Shown: in pieces, positions 9,685 to 18,870 of the stretch | Position numbering within the stretch: position 1 is the first letter of the stretch | How the letters are laid out: each line of letters begins with the position of its first letter | Origin: an uncultured delta proteobacterium | GTDB taxonomy: Bacteria; Myxococcota_A; Polyangia; Fen-1088 | Direction: 5' to 3' | NCBI GenBank assembly: GCA_963796685.1 | Contig: CAWCMR010000006.1 | Coordinates: forward strand, 128,001-192,000 | DNA: 64,000 nucleotides | Notes under the pieces: generated by a model | What the model saw: only the letters and a program-made list of their open reading frames with translations | Told to the model about the DNA's origin: nothing | Databases searched by the model: none | Made by a program: the position numbers and the translations under genes

Positions 9685-10650
9685 ATGGATACCAGCCGAG
9701 ATGCACACGGGCACGACTGCACGGTGGAAACAGTCGGTCACCTCGAGCTGGATCGGCGGCTGTGGGCCACGGCCGCGCTGAACTTGGCCATCGCCGTGGC
9801 GGAGATCCTGGGCGGCATCTTCGCCGGCAGTCTGGCGCTGGTGTCGGACGCCACCCACAACATGGGCGATTTGGTGGCCGTCCTGCTCGCGCTTTTCGCG
9901 CGACGCCTTGGTCGCCGACCACCCACCGTGCGCCACACCTACGGCCTCAAGCGCGTCGAGGTCATGGCCGCCTTGCTCAACGCCGTGTTGCTCATCGGTG
10001 CGACCGCCTTCATCGCGCGTGCGGCGGTGCTTCGCATCCTGCACCCGGCGCCCGTCGCACGGGGGATCATGTTGGTCGTCGCCCTTGCGGCCCTCGCGGC
10101 CAACGCGGCGGCCGTGTTTTTGCTGCGACACCATGACCACGAGGACGTCAACGTCCGGAGCGCGTTTCTGCACATGGCGCAGGACGCGTTCGCCTCCGTG
10201 GCGGTCGTCGTCGCGGCGCTCTTGGCCCATACGGCGGCGGGGGCCTACGTGGATTCGGTCGCTGCGCTAGTGGTGAGCCTGGTCGTCATGCGGAGCGCGC
10301 TGTCGCTGACCTGGCAGACGACCTCCACCATTCTCGAGGGCGTGCCGCGCGACGTGGACATCGCCGAGCTGGCGGAGCGGGTGGGGCGGACGTTCGCGCC
10401 GGCCTGTCTGCACCATATACACGTCTGGGAGATCGGGCCGCAGCAACGCCTGCTCACCGCGCACCTCGCCCTCGGTCAGGAAATGGACGGTCGCGGGATC
10501 GAGGCGTTTCTGGCGCGCATCAAAGCGTACCTGCAGCAAGAGTGGAAGATCAACCACGCGACCATCGAACCCGAGATCGCGGGTTGCCCGGACTCGAACC
10601 TCCTGGGTCAGTGGGAGGTCGGCCCGGCTCCGGGGTCACCTCGGGGGTGA
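9685..10650 (+). CDS. Cation diffusion facilitator (CzcD/ZitB-like)
   Basis: SLALVSDATHNMGD, TYGLKRVEVMAA, NVRSAFLHMAQD, HHIHVW, HATIEPE. Confidence 0.95.
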   Translation: MDTSRDAHGHDCTVETVGHLELDRRLWATAALNLAIAVAEILGGIFAGSLALVSDATHNMGDLVAVLLALFARRLGRRPPTVRHTYGLKRVEVMAALLNAVLLIGATAFIARAAVLRILHPAPVARGIMLVVALAALAANAAAVFLLRHHDHEDVNVRSAFLHMAQDAFASVAVVVAALLAHTAAGAYVDSVAALVVSLVVMRSALSLTWQTTSTILEGVPRDVDIAELAERVGRTFAPACLHHIHVWEIGPQQRLLTAHLALGQEMDGRGIEAFLARIKAYLQQEWKINHATIEPEIAGCPDSNLLGQWEVGPAPGSPRG

Positions 10651-10663
10651 GGCGCCGGCCGCG

Positions 10664-10688
10664 CCAGAGGCATCCCCAGAGGCATCCC
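10664..10688. repeat. 12-bp tandem duplication CCAGAGGCATCC x2 between convergent genes
   Basis: Read directly. Confidence 0.8.
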
Positions 10689-10719
10689 ATAGAAGGGACC
10701 CAGCCGGTCGAGCGGGCAA

Positions 10720-13059
10720 TCACCCGCGAGGAGGCTGCGGGCTCTCCGCCCCAGGCAAGCCGGTTCGACGACGTCGTTGCCCGGCCAAGACCAGGCCGAG
10801 ACAGCCCAGCACCGCCAGCATCGAGATGGCCACTCCGGCGTTGACCCAGCGGTCGCGGTAGACGATCGCCAGGCGATGGTTTCCCGGCGGCACGACGAAT
10901 CCTGACAGGGACACCTCGGCGCGCAGCAGCGGCGCGGGGGAGCCATCGATGGTCAGCCGCCACCCCTCATCCCAGGTCTGATTGAAGGCCAGGAACGACG
11001 GGCCAGGTCCTTTCGCCTGCACGTCCATGGCGATGCTGTCTGGCGTGCGCGCACGCAACCGTACCTCGGCCGGCGATGGCGGCTCGGGAAAGCCTGCCAG
11101 GCTCGCATCATCGACGCACGCGCTCTCGCGCGCCTGGCCTCGTAACCGGCGCACGGCGGACAGCCAGCCGTCGGCGCCATGAACGATCTCGACATGGGAG
11201 ACCGCGAAGACGATCGGTTGCGCGCCACGAAGAAAGGCGACCTCGAGGGGAGGTTGTTCGGCCGGCCCGATGGCGGCGCCATCCCGCCAGTGCGTACCTG
11301 CGCGGAACTGCACCACCGCGGTCACGCCGCGCCGCTGAAGCAACGGCTTGGCCAACCCGGGATCGCTCTCGACCGCCTTGCGGAAGGCGCGCGTGCCTTC
11401 GTCGGTCCAGCGCAGAAAGGTCATGTCGAAATCGTTTTCGAGCGTCATGGCCAACCCCCACTGCGCCGGTCGGGGCGGCATGCCTGCGTCGCTGACGCTC
11501 CCCATTGATGGATGCCATTCGGCCGCGTGGTAGATGAGATCGTCGTTCCTTCGGTTGAGCAGCGGCAAGAAGCTGGCGGGCGGCGTCGCCAGGGCCTGGA
11601 CCGGTTCGGTGTGAACGACGCCTCTTCCCGCGCTGACGAGATCGATCACAAGTGCCGCGCACACGGCCAGGGCGCGCGCCGACCTTGGCCAGCGCGGCCA
11701 AAGAGCGACCAGCAGGACAAGAGCCACGCCCGCGACGCGCGCAGCATCCCCGACGGCTACCTGCCATGGAGACGCCGCAGGCAGGTGTTGGGCGAACAGC
11801 GCCATTCCACCTGCCCCGAGGCCGGCCAAGGCGGCCAGGGCGGCCAAAACACGCACCAGGTCTTGCCGGGCTTGGCGGGCCCCCATGACCACTTGGTCGA
11901 ACCCGTAGGCCGACGCTACCGTGATGGGGAAGACGAAGAGCAGTGCGTACTTCTCGGGAAAACGAATGGCGGATACGACCGGCAAGAGACGCGCGATCCG
12001 CCACAAGGCAAAGTGCTCTCCCAGTGCGAGCAGATAGCCAAAGCCCGCCACGGCGATCCACGGAACAAGGAGGCGCACGCGATACCGCCACGCCGCCAAG
12101 GCCAGAAGAGAAGCGGCCAATCCTGGATACAGGGAGAACAGGAAGGGGCTTGCGCGCCGGCCATAGAGACTTCGTCCCCAGTATGCCTGCTCGTTGCCCG
12201 GCTCCAGGTGCCCAAGGACATTGGGCGAGAGCAACTCCAGCGCGCGCACGGCCGGCATCGACCAATCGTCGGATTGGGAGAGGTCGAGCCCCGAAGCGCG
12301 TTGGGTCTTGCGCGCGTGGTGCGCCCCCGGAAGAAGCGTGGCCGCCCCGACCGCGAGTCCCAGCACCAGACCGGCGGCCACAGTCGCGGGGCCGAATCGT
12401 GCACGGTTGCGCCAACCCGCGACGATTGCCGCCGCAGCCAGTATCGGAGTCATGAGGATCGTCGAGGGCTCGCCCGCGAGACACTGCACGCCCACGGTCA
12501 AGGCCAGGGCGGCCACATGAGCCCGGCCAGGCGCGCGAAGCAGGCGCAGCACGAAGGTCACCGATAAGGGCAGAATGGACGCAGCGAAAAGGATCGGCAG
12601 CAGGTTCGTCGTCGAAAGCAAGTACCCGCCGAAGCCCCAACTCACGCCACCGAAGATCGAGGCCAACCTGCTGCGGCGGAGCGTGCGGAGAAGGAGAAAC
12701 ATGCAGGCGACGCCCGCCAGGACCGGCAGGATCACCTGCAGGCGGAAGGCCCACTCGAAGGGCAGAAGGAAGAAGAGCGCGGTAAGGGGAAAGAAGATCT
12801 CGTGCTCGGGGTTGGCGGCAAAGGGCTGGCCCGAGGCGAAGAACGGATTCCACAGCGGTAGCCCCTGCGAGGCCCTGGTCAGCGGGGCGATGAGGGACTT
12901 GGCCGGATGGTAGTAGCCGGCGAGATCGCGATCCGCGAACGTCTCTCCTCCCCAAAGAACCCGTCCAAAGAGGCCCGCCACAAGCACGAAGACCAGCGCA
13001 GCGGCAATGATCCCGATGCGATAGGTCGTCTTGCCGCGAGGTTGTGCCACCATCGTCAT
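10720..13059 (-). CDS. YfhO-family multi-pass membrane protein (putative GT-C glycosyltransferase)
   Basis: LPLWNPFFASGQPFAANP, RFPEK, C-terminal WDEGWRLTIDG...VPPGNHRLAIVY. Confidence 0.85.
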   Translation of the reverse strand: MTMVAQPRGKTTYRIGIIAAALVFVLVAGLFGRVLWGGETFADRDLAGYYHPAKSLIAPLTRASQGLPLWNPFFASGQPFAANPEHEIFFPLTALFFLLPFEWAFRLQVILPVLAGVACMFLLLRTLRRSRLASIFGGVSWGFGGYLLSTTNLLPILFAASILPLSVTFVLRLLRAPGRAHVAALALTVGVQCLAGEPSTILMTPILAAAAIVAGWRNRARFGPATVAAGLVLGLAVGAATLLPGAHHARKTQRASGLDLSQSDDWSMPAVRALELLSPNVLGHLEPGNEQAYWGRSLYGRRASPFLFSLYPGLAASLLALAAWRYRVRLLVPWIAVAGFGYLLALGEHFALWRIARLLPVVSAIRFPEKYALLFVFPITVASAYGFDQVVMGARQARQDLVRVLAALAALAGLGAGGMALFAQHLPAASPWQVAVGDAARVAGVALVLLVALWPRWPRSARALAVCAALVIDLVSAGRGVVHTEPVQALATPPASFLPLLNRRNDDLIYHAAEWHPSMGSVSDAGMPPRPAQWGLAMTLENDFDMTFLRWTDEGTRAFRKAVESDPGLAKPLLQRRGVTAVVQFRAGTHWRDGAAIGPAEQPPLEVAFLRGAQPIVFAVSHVEIVHGADGWLSAVRRLRGQARESACVDDASLAGFPEPPSPAEVRLRARTPDSIAMDVQAKGPGPSFLAFNQTWDEGWRLTIDGSPAPLLRAEVSLSGFVVPPGNHRLAIVYRDRWVNAGVAISMLAVLGCLGLVLAGQRRRRTGLPGAESPQPPRG

Positions 13060-13123
13060 GCACTATAGTTCATCACCAGGGCACCCATGGGCTCGCCCGC
13101 CCCTGGAGGTCGTGGCAAGGGGG

Positions 13124-13846
13124 CTAACCGAAGAAGGCCTCGGTGCGGATCTGGCGTTTGCGGTCCACGCCCTGCTCGACCAACGACGCCCTCATCTCGG
13201 CGACCATGGCCCCATTGCCCACCAGGTAGAACACCGGCGCTTCGAGCGCCGGCAGCAGGGCGAGCATGCTCGGGTTGATGCGCCCGTGGCGTCCCGGCCA
13301 CCCCGGCTCGGCGGCGCTCAGGTGAATGCACAGCTCCGCACCAGCCCGTCGGCAAAGGTCCTCGAGCTCGTCGCGCACGAAGATGTCTTCCGGTCGGCGC
13401 AAGCCCCAGTAGACGAGCCGCTTTCCCTTGGCCCGCTCGGGCATCTGCACCAGCTCCTCGAGCATCGGCATGATGGTGGCGATCCCCGTCCCCGTCGTAC
13501 CGAACACCAGGTCACCGGGATGCGACTCGGCCAGCGTGAAGGCTCCGAATGGGCCGGACATGGGCACGCGGTCGCCAGGGGCCAGGCGCAGGAAATACTC
13601 GCTGCCATGACCTCCCGGGATTTGCCGCGCGATCAAGCGAACCTCTTCGCCGCGAAAGGTTGGCGACGCGATCGAATAGCTACGCCGAACCAAGGCAACA
13701 GTCTCTCCCACCGGTACGTGCAGGGTGACGAATTGCCCGGCGCGAAAGGCCAGCCTGTCCGGTGACGTCATGGTCAACCGCAAATCGAACACGCCGGGCG
13801 CTATGCGTCTTCTCTCGGTCAGGATGGCTTCGATTTGGCTCTGCAC
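13124..13846 (-). CDS. FAD/NAD(P)-binding oxidoreductase (ferredoxin reductase-like)
   Basis: FRAGQFV, RSYSIAS, GPFGAF, GTGIA, C-terminal EAF. Confidence 0.9.
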   Translation of the reverse strand: MQSQIEAILTERRRIAPGVFDLRLTMTSPDRLAFRAGQFVTLHVPVGETVALVRRSYSIASPTFRGEEVRLIARQIPGGHGSEYFLRLAPGDRVPMSGPFGAFTLAESHPGDLVFGTTGTGIATIMPMLEELVQMPERAKGKRLVYWGLRRPEDIFVRDELEDLCRRAGAELCIHLSAAEPGWPGRHGRINPSMLALLPALEAPVFYLVGNGAMVAEMRASLVEQGVDRKRQIRTEAFFG

Positions 13847-13917
13847 GAGTCGATCCTAGCGCCTGGCGGCTACCGTGCCAGGGAAGACGGCGGGAGGCCG
13901 CAGAGTCGGCTCCGCGA

Positions 13918-15075
13918 TCACTTCAGGGGTGAGGCGCCGGTCGGCGGCGCGTCTTCGATGGGATCGACGACGGGCACGGTGACCTTGCGGGCGAAGATCA
14001 GGTTCTCGGTGTTGGTGTAGTAGAGCTTGTGCAGCACCTCGCCGGGCAGGTGGATGGCGTTGACCTTCCAGCGGCCCTGGATGGGCGTCGGGTGATCGAT
14101 GTTCTCGAGGTCGGTCTCGAAGAAGCGGAAGTGCGCCTGGTAGAACTTGACCGCGTCCTCCATTCCGACCGGCGTCTCGGAGACCGACCCGAGCTGCCAG
14201 TGATCGGGCGAGATGGACAGGTCGGTGCCGAACAAGATGCGATCCTGGAATTTCAGGAAGAAGCGCCTCACCTTGTCGACGGGATGGCGGCCGATCTCGG
14301 GAACGCGCGCCGCCGTGTCGACGAACACGTTCGCGTGGGCGTCGAGCAGCTTTTCCATATAGTCGAGATCCTCGGCCATTCCGAGGTGGATGAAGAGGAA
14401 GGTCGTCGCGGGATGCCGGCTGACCAGCCGCTCGGTCTGCTTCCACAGCTCCATGAGCGGCGGGTAGTCCTGGCCGTAGAAGCTCCAGTCCGGGGCCAGC
14501 TTGAGCTCGTCGTAGCGTTCGTTGTCGGGCGTGGGCGGCTCGAAGAAGGCCTTGGGGTCGCCGACGTGGATGGCGACCACGACGTTGAGCTTGGCGGCCC
14601 TGTCCATGATGGGGTCGAAGCGCGGATCGTCGATGGGGATGAGCTTGTCGTTGGCGTCGCGCGCGCCGAGACCCATGGCCTTGAAGAACTTGATGCCCTT
14701 GGCGCCGAAGCCGACCTCGCGTTCGAGACGGTCGGCCTCGAAGTCGCCCCAGCCGGACTCGGCCACGCGATTCCACGAGACGTTGGCGAAAAAGGCGAAC
14801 TGGTCCTTGAGCCGGTGCTTGATGCGCACGGTGGCGGCGAACGCGCGCGAGCCGAGATAGCCCCCGTTCTTGTTGCAGAACTTCACCACGCCCACGCGTT
14901 TGAACAGCGCCAGCGCCGTGTCGATGGACTCGTCGATGGGCGCGATCAGGGTGTGCGAGTCGATGACCGGGCCGCGGGCACTGCTTTCGCCGGGTTTCGG
15001 CGCCGAGGACTTGCGGCAGGTAGCGAAAACGAAGACGCAGGACAGAATGGCCGCCACGCGAACGCTGGGTGACAT
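13918..15075 (-). CDS. Amidohydrolase_2-family protein with signal/lipoprotein peptide
   Basis: IDSHT, IHVGDP, IHLG, DRILFGTD, LYYTN; start placed at MSPSVRVAAILSC. Confidence 0.85.
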   Translation of the reverse strand: MSPSVRVAAILSCVFVFATCRKSSAPKPGESSARGPVIDSHTLIAPIDESIDTALALFKRVGVVKFCNKNGGYLGSRAFAATVRIKHRLKDQFAFFANVSWNRVAESGWGDFEADRLEREVGFGAKGIKFFKAMGLGARDANDKLIPIDDPRFDPIMDRAAKLNVVVAIHVGDPKAFFEPPTPDNERYDELKLAPDWSFYGQDYPPLMELWKQTERLVSRHPATTFLFIHLGMAEDLDYMEKLLDAHANVFVDTAARVPEIGRHPVDKVRRFFLKFQDRILFGTDLSISPDHWQLGSVSETPVGMEDAVKFYQAHFRFFETDLENIDHPTPIQGRWKVNAIHLPGEVLHKLYYTNTENLIFARKVTVPVVDPIEDAPPTGASPLK

Positions 15076-15104
15076 AGTCGGCACGTTACTCCACTGGCGG
15101 GCAG

Positions 15105-15404
15105 TCAGCGCGCAGGATTGAGGGCGGTCATGGAGCTGGAACCGCGCGGCGCCAGCTCGATGGCCTGGTTGGGACAGCAGGGGATGCAGACGCCGCAGCC
15201 ATCGCAGCGCTCGGCGCAAATGGCGATGCGGGCCGGCTCGCACGGCACGTCCATGGTGGAGCAGTATTTCACGCACTTCGCGCAGCAGAAATTCATGGGC
15301 TCTTCGATGGCGTGAAAGGGACAGCTCGCAACGCAAATCCCGCAGGACGTGCACTTGGCCGCATCGAGGACGGCGACGCGGGCGAGCGGGATGGGGTCAG
15401 TCAT
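15105..15404 (-). CDS. 4Fe-4S ferredoxin-like protein
   Basis: CTSCGICVASCP and CDGCGVCIPCCP motifs. Confidence 0.88.
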   Translation of the reverse strand: MTDPIPLARVAVLDAAKCTSCGICVASCPFHAIEEPMNFCCAKCVKYCSTMDVPCEPARIAICAERCDGCGVCIPCCPNQAIELAPRGSSSMTALNPAR

Positions 15405-15918
15405 GGGGCTCGGTCTTGCGATGAAAGCGTTCGTCCGCGACCACGCGATCGTCGCCGACGGCGTCGAACCAGCCGGCCTTCGAGCCGGGATGGGCGTCGA
15501 AGTCCGGCACATACGGTTTGATGTCGAGCAGGGGTGTGCCGTCGAGAACGTCGATGTCGGCCACGTGCAGCATCCTGCCCTCTCGACGAACGAAGCGTAC
15601 CACGGACATCCCGATGGGGTTGGGCCTGCTGGGGGAGCGGGTGGCGAACAGCCCGTGCTCGCGCGTGTCGCGATAGGGGACGACGCGCGGCTTGTATCCC
15701 TCGACGCGATCCATCCAGTAGAGCAGCCACACGCGCGCGAAGCCTTCGATGTCGTCGAGCGCGGCAGCATAGGCCTCGTCGACCAGGATCTCTCCCGCCG
15801 CGCCTCGCGCATAGCAAGGCTGGATCGGCGTGCCCGCCGCCTCGGCGAACGGGCTGTGGATGACCCCGATGGTGCGCAGGTTGAAGGATGCGAGCTGCGA
15901 GCCCTGGTCGCGACCCAT
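15397..15918 (-). CDS. tsaA: TsaA/TrmO-family tRNA m6t6A37 methyltransferase domain protein
   Basis: IGVIHSPF, GLFATRSPSRPNPIGMS, DVLDGTPLLDIKPY. Confidence 0.92.
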   Translation of the reverse strand: MGRDQGSQLASFNLRTIGVIHSPFAEAAGTPIQPCYARGAAGEILVDEAYAAALDDIEGFARVWLLYWMDRVEGYKPRVVPYRDTREHGLFATRSPSRPNPIGMSVVRFVRREGRMLHVADIDVLDGTPLLDIKPYVPDFDAHPGSKAGWFDAVGDDRVVADERFHRKTEPHD

Positions 15919-15935
15919 GGCCGATCTCGGGCGTT

Positions 15936-16307
15936 CTAGGGGTGGCTGTGGCCGTGGCCACCGCACGCCATGCCGGGTTGCATGCGCTGAAGCGCGCCTG
16001 CTCGGAAGGCCTCGACGGTCGTTGAAACGGTCGGATGCTCGGCGCGGAAGACGCTGATCCCGGCTGCCATCAGCTTGTTGAGGGCGCCCATGCCGATGCC
16101 GCCCACCACGATGCCATCCAGGATCTCGCCTTGAAGCGAGGCGAGAGGTGTGCACATGCCGTGGTCGTGGTGCTGGTTGCGGTTGACGATGACACGGCAC
16201 TCGCTGTTGTCGGTGTCCACGATCAGAAAGGCGGGCGCCGAGCCGAAATGCGCACACACCTCGCTTTGCAGCCCCTGGTCTTCATTCACTGGAATACAGA
16301 TTCGCAT
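15936..16307 (-). CDS. NifB/NifX-family Fe-Mo cofactor-binding-like protein
   Basis: HFGSAPAF, HGMC, GGIGMGA, C-terminal CGGHGHSH. Confidence 0.9.
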   Translation of the reverse strand: MRICIPVNEDQGLQSEVCAHFGSAPAFLIVDTDNSECRVIVNRNQHHDHGMCTPLASLQGEILDGIVVGGIGMGALNKLMAAGISVFRAEHPTVSTTVEAFRAGALQRMQPGMACGGHGHSHP

Positions 16308-16361
16308 CGTGTCTTCTCCTTGATGGTTGGTTCTGGGAAATTCGCGCGAGGGGCAGTCGAT

Positions 16362-16400
16362 CTACTTCTTCTTGCTACTTCTTCTCGCTACTTCTTCTTG
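16362..16400. repeat. 13-bp tandem repeat CTACTTCTTCT(T/C)G x3 carrying the DUF134 stop codon
   Basis: Units at 16362, 16375, 16388. Confidence 0.9.
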
Positions 16401-16717
16401 TCGTGCAATTCGCAGCAGCGCCGTCCCTCGCGTTGAACGGGACCGCCTTCGATGCGCAAGGCCTTGCCGTGCACGAGCGCGTCGGCCACCTTCCGGTGCG
16501 CCGACTCGACGATCCTGCTGAAGGTCGGGCGCGACACGCCCATTTCCTGCGCGGCCTGTTCCTGGTACAGCCCCACGAGATCGGCCTGCCGGATGGCCTC
16601 GAACTCGTCGAGCGTCATGACGATCACCTCGAGCTCAGGCATGGGGATGCCGGTGGGCTTGAAGATCGCGGCAGCCGGTCTTCCGGCGATCGTGCGGCAG
16701 CAGAATGGTCTTGGCAC
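16388..16717 (-). CDS. DUF134-family HTH protein
   Basis: MPRP, FKPTGIP, DEFEAIR, QEQAAQEMGVSRPTFSRI, RKVADALVHGKALRIEGG. Confidence 0.92.
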   Translation of the reverse strand: MPRPFCCRTIAGRPAAAIFKPTGIPMPELEVIVMTLDEFEAIRQADLVGLYQEQAAQEMGVSRPTFSRIVESAHRKVADALVHGKALRIEGGPVQREGRRCCELHDKKK

Positions 16718-16821
16718 CTGAATCCTCGAGACGACATTACGGACATATGTGCACTACTGTCAAGCGATCGTTTCGATACGGTGGTGCTAGGATGGCAAAA
16801 GGCAGCCATCGAGGAGTCCCC

Positions 16822-17298
16822 ATGCCCGACCAAGACCAGACCATCGCCGCTCTCGTCGAAACCTTCAGCCGCCAGCTCATCGCCGCCGTGGAGGACTCCG
16901 CGGCTCGCCGTGTCGAGGCCGCGATATCCGGGGCATTGGGACGTTCTTGGAAGCACGGCAAGCCGACGCGGCGGCTCCCGACGCCTACCGCACCCGGGTT
17001 GGCCATGACAGCCTCGAGAAAAGTGGGGGCAAAGCAGACTGTCTCGTATTCCCTGGTTCGAGAGCCCGGCAAGCTCCGGGATGACCTGTCTCGACCTTGG
17101 GGTGCCGGCCAAGGCCACGAAACCTCGACGAGGCAAGGTCGCGACACCCACGGTCGCCCGGGCGCGGAAGCTGCAAGGTCAGTACCTGGCATCTTGAGAT
17201 CGCTCAAGGGAGCCGACCGCACGAAGGTACAGCGCATGGCGAACGCCGAGGGCGTTGCCGAGGCCGTGAAGCTCGCGCATTCACCGAAGAAGGCGTAA
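16822..17298 (+). pseudogene. Small basic hypothetical protein, probably disrupted
   Basis: GAGGAG RBS + ATG; a plausible segment VARARKLQGQYL sits in another frame and joins ILRSLKGADRTKVQ by a 1-bp shift near 17188. Confidence 0.45.
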
Positions 17299-17327
17299 CC
17301 CATGCTGTCGATTCGGGATCGTAACGG

Positions 17328-17813
17328 CTATTCCATGCGCTGGAACACCCGTGGCGGAATGAACCACAGAAGCGTTCCCTTGCAGGCGCGCAAATCTTGG
17401 ACATCGATGAGAGCGGCGCCGCCCTTGCGATAGTCGAATGCGCGGCGACGCCGTCCGCCCAGGAAGCGCGCGGTGAGGGCCGAAATCCAGCTCTCGTGGC
17501 CCACGAGGGCGATGGTGTCGTGGTCGTCGTACTCGGCGAGCGCGCGACAGAGGTCCGGCCAGTCTCCCTCCGCGAGGGCAGGCACGATGATGGGGCGACC
17601 ATCGCCCCATGCCTGCGCGACGATGTCCGCTGTCTGCCGGGCTCGCAGATGGGGACTGGTGAGAATGGCGCGAGGCTTTCGCGCCACGCGCGCCAGCACG
17701 GCGGCGGTTCGACGGAAGCTCTCGACGCCCGGCGCGGTCAGGGGGCGATCCTCGTCGCGCAGGTCGCGATGGGCCGGGGCGGCGATGGCGTGGCGGATGA
17801 AGAGCAGGCGCAT
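17328..17813 (-). CDS. sixA: Phosphohistidine phosphatase SixA
   Basis: LFIRHAIA, DRPLT, TSPHLRARQTA, LVGHE. Confidence 0.9.
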   Translation of the reverse strand: MRLLFIRHAIAAPAHRDLRDEDRPLTAPGVESFRRTAAVLARVARKPRAILTSPHLRARQTADIVAQAWGDGRPIIVPALAEGDWPDLCRALAEYDDHDTIALVGHESWISALTARFLGGRRRRAFDYRKGGAALIDVQDLRACKGTLLWFIPPRVFQRME

Positions 17814-17818
17814 GGAGT

Positions 17819-18820
17819 TCACCCGAATTCCATGGCGGGCGCCTGTCCCAGGGCCGCCAGCCCTCGCGCCACGATGGCCATGGGCTCCGCGGCCAGAAAC
17901 TCCAGGTGCAGCCGGTGCATGGTGGCTCTGGCCCACGCGGCCTCATCGCTCGCGGCGGTGGCCAGTGCGTCCTTGCCCCGCCCGCGATCGTTCTTCGCTT
18001 GTCGGTCGAACCACTCGGCGAGCACGTGGTGATCGTGGATCACGCCGATGTGGTCCTGCAAGGTCTTCCACGGTTTGGTCGCGGCGGATTCGAAGCTGCG
18101 AATCTGGTCGAAGACCTCCACGGCATAGCGCAAACGCCGTGCGTGCCGGCGCAGACTGTGGAGTTTCTCGGGGTCGAGGTGCGCGCCGAGGTTGGTGAAA
18201 CCATCGTGGAGGAACTGGCATTCGTGTGCGCTTAGGGTGGCGAAACGCTCGCAGACCAGGGAAGGTGGCGGTCCACCGCGGGCGATGAGCGCGGCGAGAT
18301 CGCTGCGCAAGCGCGAGATTTCGAGGTCGAGCAAATGGTCGACCATGCGCGCGCGGCTGCGGCGGCGGGCGCTGGCCAGGCGATGGCGCAGGAGCTTCTG
18401 CTCCTCGCTTCGTGCGGGCAGGGACTTGAGGTGTTCGTCGAAGGACTCCAAGAGCACGTCCAAGTCGCGGCTGCCGCCCGCGGTCTGGGTCAGCTGGCGC
18501 AGCAGTCGGCGCGCGCGTTCCGAGCGGCGACCGTCGGGCTTCTCCGCCAGCAAGGGCAGGGCGACGCGCAGGCGCCGGCCGGAAACGCGCAGTTGATGGA
18601 TGGCCTCCTCGTCGCCGGTCAGGGCCGCGGGAAAGTGGTGAAACAGCGTGCTCGCCTTGCTCTTGAGCATGGTCGCGGCGAGGCGGTTGCGGCCGCTCGC
18701 CGGCAGAGTGGGTCCTCTGGTCGCGGCGGCTTGCGTACCCGTGACGAGCGCAGGCGGCGGCGTGAATGAGGGCTCGGCCACCGCAGCCGCAACCATCGTT
18801 TGCGTCAGAGCCTTGGACAT
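17819..18820 (-). CDS. CHAD-domain protein
   Basis: EAIHQLRVSGRRLR, RDLDV, LHSLRRHARRLRYAVE, LQDHIGVIHD. Confidence 0.9.
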   Translation of the reverse strand: MSKALTQTMVAAAVAEPSFTPPPALVTGTQAAATRGPTLPASGRNRLAATMLKSKASTLFHHFPAALTGDEEAIHQLRVSGRRLRVALPLLAEKPDGRRSERARRLLRQLTQTAGGSRDLDVLLESFDEHLKSLPARSEEQKLLRHRLASARRRSRARMVDHLLDLEISRLRSDLAALIARGGPPPSLVCERFATLSAHECQFLHDGFTNLGAHLDPEKLHSLRRHARRLRYAVEVFDQIRSFESAATKPWKTLQDHIGVIHDHHVLAEWFDRQAKNDRGRGKDALATAASDEAAWARATMHRLHLEFLAAEPMAIVARGLAALGQAPAMEFG

Positions 18821-18870
18821 CCCGGATACACTATAGCGCGGCGGGTGGACGATGCCGGCCTTACCGGCAG

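Noticed and set aside
15936-16307. Nitrogen fixation inferred from the NifB/NifX domain
   Set aside because: This stand-alone family is common in non-diazotrophs; no nifHDK in the window
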